Of a stretch of DNA of 64,000 bases, positions 58,953-64,000 are shown piece by piece. The stretch comes from Candidatus Cloacimonadales bacterium (GTDB lineage: Bacteria > Cloacimonadota > Cloacimonadia > Cloacimonadales > JAFGVF01). Numbering within the stretch: position 1 is the first letter of the stretch; every line of letters begins with the position of its first letter. Below the pieces are notes generated by a model. It did no database searches. It was not told the origin of the DNA and saw only the letters and a program-made list of their open reading frames with translations. Where the stretch lies: contig OY762964.1 of assembly GCA_963667035.1 (NCBI GenBank), forward strand, positions 1,056,001 to 1,120,000, written 5' to 3'. A program made the translations under genes and the position numbers.

Positions 58953-60737
58953 TTATTGTGGATTGAAAGCAGGGTCATCAAACCATTTATAAACTTTGGC
59001 TTCATTAATCTTTGATGTTAACCATGAATCAAAGAACTTATCACTTTCTTCTTGGGAAAGCTTCTGGAAAAGCTCTCTCTTAACAACATGAAGGTTCTTC
59101 TTATCCGGTCTCTGAATACTCTTAGCATAACCAATATAAACGCCATCTTCAAGAACAACAGGTTGAGTCGCTGTTTTAGCAGAACGTAGATTGATAATAT
59201 CATCAATAAGGTTACTACTATTTATCCCATGAACTGAACTTTCATAAGTTAGCTTAGGTAAATCTATTATCTCATAACCTGATTGCATAGCAGTTTCGAA
59301 GAGTTTGTCTCCTTTGAAGCTATCAATAAGCCTCTTAGCATTATCAACAGTGAGACGAAGCTTTTTCTCAACTAAAAGTTCAGCTTCAATCTCTTTTTTG
59401 ACTGTTTCAACCGGAACATAGCTACTGGCTTTTGCTTCAGTAACTTCAATAAGTATGAATGCTTTCTCATTATGATGCTTGATTGGGTCTATGACTGTAC
59501 CGGCAGGTTTTCTGATTAACTCACTAACAAGAGTAGTACTCTTACCTAATGACGGAATAACATCGTTTTCTTCAGTTAAACCGTTAACTCTCTCAACAGT
59601 CATATTATATTCTGCTGCTGCTCCTGCAAGACCGATAGTCTTAGCTAATTGAGTGACATTCTTCATCTTTTCATCAATCATAGCATAGGCTTTCTCTCCG
59701 GCAACAGGCTTAATTCTTATGAGTCTCAATTTAACCATTGTTTTGGTTTTGTCCTCTACTTGATAGATACTCCATTCTCCATCATTTAGTAAAGGCTTAG
59801 TAAAACTTGAAATAGGGGTCCTTTTTACAGCATTAACAACGTTAGTTGGCAAATCTGCTAATTTAATAAATCCTAAAGAACCATCATTTTTCCGTGAATT
59901 ATGCATTGAATATTGTGTTGCCAAATGTGAGAATACAGCACCATTATTAAGTTCAGTAAAGAGTGAATCAGCAACATATCTAGCATTCTCTTTGTCTTCA
60001 TCCGTAGGTAATACAGGGAACTTCATATAAGTAATATCACAACTTGCAGGAATAAAGTACTCTCTAATGTTCTTATTATAGTAATCATCTATCTCTGCAT
60101 TTATTACAACAGTTCTTGTATCTTCCGGATTCATATAAATGATTTTAGCATCAACAGTTGAATAGTAGTACTCGTATACATTTTCAAGTTCTTCCGTACT
60201 CATATCCTGAGCTCTGTAGGATAACTGTTTCAATTTTTGAAGAGGAATCTTATATCTAAGATAATCCATCTTCAACCAACCTAAATCAATTGGATCGCTC
60301 TCTCTCAAGCATTTCTCATATAATGTGTAATCAAATTCACCATCCATATTGAACAGGGGTGAATTCTTCATTAAAGTAGGAACATTTGTTAGTAATGTAT
60401 CTAGAACTTCAGGCATTGTCGAAGTAATATTATACTTATCGAACAAATCAACCAGTACAAAATGCTTAACAATATCCTCCCAGGTTTGATCATAAATCTG
60501 TCGCTTTTCTTCATCTGAAGGTTTACGATTGATTCTCAAGGAATATCCCTCGTAATGCCCCATATATGAACGAACAAAATCATCTTCAGTAACATTATGA
60601 TCGTTAATTTTTCCGGCATAATCACTACGTGTTTTAGTATCATTAGTACCCACAACTGTTTGCATGAAATTCGAACTACAACCCGCAAGTAGTACTATTG
60701 ATACTAAACAAAATAGGGTTAATCTGGATAATCTCAT
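58953..60737 (-). CDS. SurA/PpiD-like parvulin peptidyl-prolyl isomerase, probable lipoprotein
   Basis: Lipobox LLAGC; SurA_N-like region; rotamase motif FSHLATQYS...DGSLGF. Confidence 0.8.
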   Translation of the reverse strand: MRLSRLTLFCLVSIVLLAGCSSNFMQTVVGTNDTKTRSDYAGKINDHNVTEDDFVRSYMGHYEGYSLRINRKPSDEEKRQIYDQTWEDIVKHFVLVDLFDKYNITSTMPEVLDTLLTNVPTLMKNSPLFNMDGEFDYTLYEKCLRESDPIDLGWLKMDYLRYKIPLQKLKQLSYRAQDMSTEELENVYEYYYSTVDAKIIYMNPEDTRTVVINAEIDDYYNKNIREYFIPASCDITYMKFPVLPTDEDKENARYVADSLFTELNNGAVFSHLATQYSMHNSRKNDGSLGFIKLADLPTNVVNAVKRTPISSFTKPLLNDGEWSIYQVEDKTKTMVKLRLIRIKPVAGEKAYAMIDEKMKNVTQLAKTIGLAGAAAEYNMTVERVNGLTEENDVIPSLGKSTTLVSELIRKPAGTVIDPIKHHNEKAFILIEVTEAKASSYVPVETVKKEIEAELLVEKKLRLTVDNAKRLIDSFKGDKLFETAMQSGYEIIDLPKLTYESSVHGINSSNLIDDIINLRSAKTATQPVVLEDGVYIGYAKSIQRPDKKNLHVVKRELFQKLSQEESDKFFDSWLTSKINEAKVYKWFDDPAFNPQ

Positions 60738-60739
60738 TA

Positions 60740-63364
60740 TTACCTCTCTATCTTTTCTTGTAAATCTTTCAATACTTTCCATGCCTCAATAGGAGAAATA
60801 CTATTAAGGTCAAGCTCTTTAATCTCTTCGAGTACGCTATCATTACTTTCAGTTATCTCAGCCATGTACTCAAATATATCTATTTGATCTGAGCTTTGAT
60901 GTAACTGCTTCTTTAGCTTCTGAGTTAAGCCTTGTGGACTAAGCTCTTGACTCTCCAGATTCTTTAAAATCTGTTTGGCTCTATTTATAACTTTTACAGG
61001 TAGACCTGCCAGTCTAGCTACTTGAATTCCATAGCTCTGATCAGCACCACCTCTTTCAATCTTTCTTATGAATATCATTTCATCATTCCACTCGCGTACA
61101 GCAATGTTATAATTCTTTATTCTATTATAAACTTGCTCCATTTCTGTCAATTCATGGTAATGAGTGGCAAACAAAGTTTTTGCTTCTTTGAATTTAAGTA
61201 CATACTCCACAATTGCCCATGCAAGACTCAAGCCATCAAACGTAGAAGTTCCTCTGCCAATCTCATCAAGCAGTATCAGAGAGGCGGAAGTAGCTGAGTT
61301 CAATATGTTTGCAGTTTCTATCATCTCCACGAGGAAAGTGGATTGCCCCATAGCTAGATTATCAGATGCTCCCACACGAGTGAACACTTTGTCGAATATC
61401 GGTAAACAAGCTTTATCTGCAGGAACATAACAACCTATCTGAGCCATAATAGCTATCAATCCAATCTGCCTTAGGTAAGTTGATTTACCTGCCATATTGG
61501 GGCCTGTTAGAATTGCAATAAGATTATCCTGACTATCCAGATTCACATCATTAGGAATATACTGTTCATCTTCGAGAAGTTTCTCAATCACAGGATGACG
61601 GCATTCTTCCAACTCCAGAATTCCCTCTTCATTGAATAGAGGTCTAGTATATCTATTGGAATATGCAATAAAGGCAAAATTGGAAAGGACGTCGAGAGTT
61701 GCCACAATTTGTACAAACTGTTGCATCAACTCTATTTGATCAGCAAGCCCTTGTCTTAAATCAAGATATAGTTCATGCTCAAGAGCTTTACTTTTCTCTT
61801 CTGAACTGAGAACTTTTGACTCAAACTCTTTTAGTCTGGGGGATATGTACCTTTCAGAATTAACTAGGGTCTGCTTTCTGATATAATAATCAGGAATTTT
61901 ATCTTTATGAGTTTTAGTGACTTCAAGATAGTATCCGAAGACTTTATTGTAGCCAACTTTTAATGATGGAATTCCTGTTTTTTGCTTTTCTTCATCTTCG
62001 AGTCTGGCAATCCAGGATTTACCGTCTCTACTAATGGAACGAAGTTCATCCAGTTCTTCATGTATACCGTCATTTATTAATCCCCCTTCCGTGATTAGTA
62101 CGGGAGGATTCAATGTTATTGTTTCTCTTATACTTTTGATAATAGGTTCGTATTCAAGGATTGAATCTCTAAGCATTACTAAGGTTGGAGCATTGTAATT
62201 CTCCAATATTTGTCGAATATCAGATGCTTGTTCCAGATATCCTGCCAGAGCATTCATTTCTCTAGGATTGATTCTTCCTGCACCTAATTTACTCAATAAT
62301 CTGCTCAGGTCTCCAATAGAATCCAATAATTCTCTTAAATCAGCAGTATAAGTTATCTTTTGGATAAAGTTTTGTACGGCATTGAGTCTTTCATCAATTT
62401 CTGTAACCGAAAGGAGGGGGTGTAACAACCAGTTTTGTAACAATCTGGAACCCATCGGGGTTTTTGTTTCATCCATAACCGAGAGAAGGCTTCCATGCTT
62501 ATCTCCATATCTCATAGACCTTAACAACTCAAGGTTTCTTCTTGTAACTTCATCCAATTGCATATAATTGCTGATAGAGTAATAATGAATCTCCGTAATA
62601 TGCTTTAATTCATCCCTTTGCATCTCTTTTGCATAGGTTAAAGCAATCCCTGCGGCTATTACTCCTACTGTTTTCTTTTGAGCTCCCAAGCTTTCAAGTG
62701 TTGATGTATGAAAATGTTCTTTTATTGATTTCTTAAGTTCTTTTGTATCATATTGCCAACCTTCTGCAATTGATATGGTCGGGTGACTCTCAAGTTTAAG
62801 TTTCTCAAGCATCAATTTATCATTGTCATTGATAACTAGCAATTCAGAGGGGAGAAGTCTTTGTATTTCGTTAGTCAATTGCTCAATTCTCAATTCCGTA
62901 AACAAGAAATCTCCGGTAGAGATATCAAGCATTGCTAACCCTATCTTTGATTTTGAGCTTACCACAGCACCTAAAAAGTTATTGGAATTAGTACCTAGTA
63001 ACTGTTGATCTAGTATAGCCCCGGGGGTAATAATTCTTACAATATCTCTTTTAACAACTCCTACAGCAAGTTTAGGATCTTCAATCTGTTCACAGATTGC
63101 AACTTTTAATCCGGCTCTAACCAGTTTATCAAGATAGTTATCCAAAGCATGATGTGGGAATCCTGCTAAAGGCACAGGATCGTCATCTTTTTTGTTTCTT
63201 GCAGTTAATGTAATCCCTAATATTTTAGAAGTCTGCTTTGCATCATCAAAGAAAGTCTCAAAGAAATCACCCATGCGAAACAAAAGCAATTTATCCGGAT
63301 GTTGTTCTTTGAACTTAAAATATTGCTCCATCATAGGAGTCAGTTTTGCCGGTTTATTGCTCAT
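60740..63364 (-). CDS. mutS: DNA mismatch repair protein MutS
   Basis: TPMMEQY, FRMGDFFE, TGPNMAGKSTY, DEIGRGTST, FATHYHE, SYGIQVARLAG. Confidence 0.98.
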   Translation of the reverse strand: MSNKPAKLTPMMEQYFKFKEQHPDKLLLFRMGDFFETFFDDAKQTSKILGITLTARNKKDDDPVPLAGFPHHALDNYLDKLVRAGLKVAICEQIEDPKLAVGVVKRDIVRIITPGAILDQQLLGTNSNNFLGAVVSSKSKIGLAMLDISTGDFLFTELRIEQLTNEIQRLLPSELLVINDNDKLMLEKLKLESHPTISIAEGWQYDTKELKKSIKEHFHTSTLESLGAQKKTVGVIAAGIALTYAKEMQRDELKHITEIHYYSISNYMQLDEVTRRNLELLRSMRYGDKHGSLLSVMDETKTPMGSRLLQNWLLHPLLSVTEIDERLNAVQNFIQKITYTADLRELLDSIGDLSRLLSKLGAGRINPREMNALAGYLEQASDIRQILENYNAPTLVMLRDSILEYEPIIKSIRETITLNPPVLITEGGLINDGIHEELDELRSISRDGKSWIARLEDEEKQKTGIPSLKVGYNKVFGYYLEVTKTHKDKIPDYYIRKQTLVNSERYISPRLKEFESKVLSSEEKSKALEHELYLDLRQGLADQIELMQQFVQIVATLDVLSNFAFIAYSNRYTRPLFNEEGILELEECRHPVIEKLLEDEQYIPNDVNLDSQDNLIAILTGPNMAGKSTYLRQIGLIAIMAQIGCYVPADKACLPIFDKVFTRVGASDNLAMGQSTFLVEMIETANILNSATSASLILLDEIGRGTSTFDGLSLAWAIVEYVLKFKEAKTLFATHYHELTEMEQVYNRIKNYNIAVREWNDEMIFIRKIERGGADQSYGIQVARLAGLPVKVINRAKQILKNLESQELSPQGLTQKLKKQLHQSSDQIDIFEYMAEITESNDSVLEEIKELDLNSISPIEAWKVLKDLQEKIER

Positions 63365-64000
63365 TTATAACCTTTAAGAATGAATTTATGTTCATTGATT
63401 TTAAAATTTGCTTAGCTGAACCTGCTCTACTTCCGTCAACAAAAGGACCTGCAAGTACTACATAAGAGTCCTTATCATTAAATACGGTTTTAAAGTAGCT
63501 ACAGTTTATCTGCTTTTCTCTAACTTTTGTAGCCAGGTTACTAGCATTATTCTCTACTCCAAATCTTCCGATTTGCAGATAAATACCTTTTCCCGGATTG
63601 TCCACTCTAATAGGATTAGAATTTAAGTACGTTGATCTTATTTCTGCCAGAGCGAAATTGTGTTCCGCTTCTGTTTCTTCTTTTGGTTTCTTTGATGTTA
63701 TTTCTTTTAATGGCAGTACAGGTCTGTTTTCCGGTTTCACTTCATTCCCAGGGTACAAACAGGATAGATCAATACAATCTTTGAATAGTGTTTTTAGAAC
63801 ATAAAGTTGTTTCTCAGCTTCGTAGGCGTAAGATGATAATCTGTCAATAGATACTACCTGCTTATAAAACTCATAAGAGGTCTTTGGATTATCTGTTTTA
63901 AACTGATAATTTCCAAGTTTCAGAAGATAGTATTGGGATTTAAGCAGTTCAGGAAACTTCTCAGCCATTTGCACTAATACTTCAATTGCTTTATCATGGT
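63354..64000 (-). CDS. SPOR-domain protein with TPR-like N-terminal part (5' end probably outside the window)
   Basis: C-terminal YLQIGRF...NA...YVVLAGPF SPOR motif; reading frame open toward the window edge. Confidence 0.75.
   Translation of the reverse strand, partial: HDKAIEVLVQMAEKFPELLKSQYYLLKLGNYQFKTDNPKTSYEFYKQVVSIDRLSSYAYEAEKQLYVLKTLFKDCIDLSCLYPGNEVKPENRPVLPLKEITSKKPKEETEAEHNFALAEIRSTYLNSNPIRVDNPGKGIYLQIGRFGVENNASNLATKVREKQINCSYFKTVFNDKDSYVVLAGPFVDGSRAGSAKQILKSMNINSFLKVINEQ

Noticed and set aside
2077..63804. Numerous 60-160 aa ORFs antisense to or nested within long genes
   Set aside because: Shadow ORFs of well-supported genes with no independent evidence.

Overview
AT-rich bacterial chromosomal window; the C-terminal NYPNPF...WDG sorting domains, TamAB and anaerobic metabolism suggest a diderm of the FCB/Cloacimonadota type (inference only). 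Left part: tRNA-Pro(CGG), a phosphate butyryltransferase, a small insert, and a dcw cluster (mraZ-rsmH-ftsL-ftsI-murE/murF fusion-mraY-murD-ftsW-murG-murC-ftsQ-ftsZ, with no ftsA, ddl or murB), ending at tRNA-Leu(CAG). About 17.3-39.3 kb is a mosaic accessory region: S41 peptidase, a frameshifted and truncated tag pseudogene, a coupled pair of STAND-like ATPases (the second with a wHTH and eight 99-bp Sel1/TPR repeats) bounded by a dif-like site, mscS-tamB-tamA, decayed IS5/IS1182-like and IS3 elements, two mosaic secreted beta-propeller paralogs, REP-like hairpin clusters, arrays of short palindromes at 11-bp spacing, and an AT-rich orphan gene. 39.5-50.8 kb is a variant anaerobic purine/pyrimidine catabolic operon (xdhA-xdhB, fused DPD-like reductase, ssnA, ygeY, PLP lyase, hydantoinase). 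Right part: REC-PPDK_N protein, serC, M18 aminopeptidase, class II photolyase, SurA/PpiD-like lipoprotein, mutS and a partial SPOR protein. Best candidates for something undescribed: the paired ATPase/Sel1 module, the dispersed helically phased palindrome element (two copies), and the remodelled purine-degradation operon.
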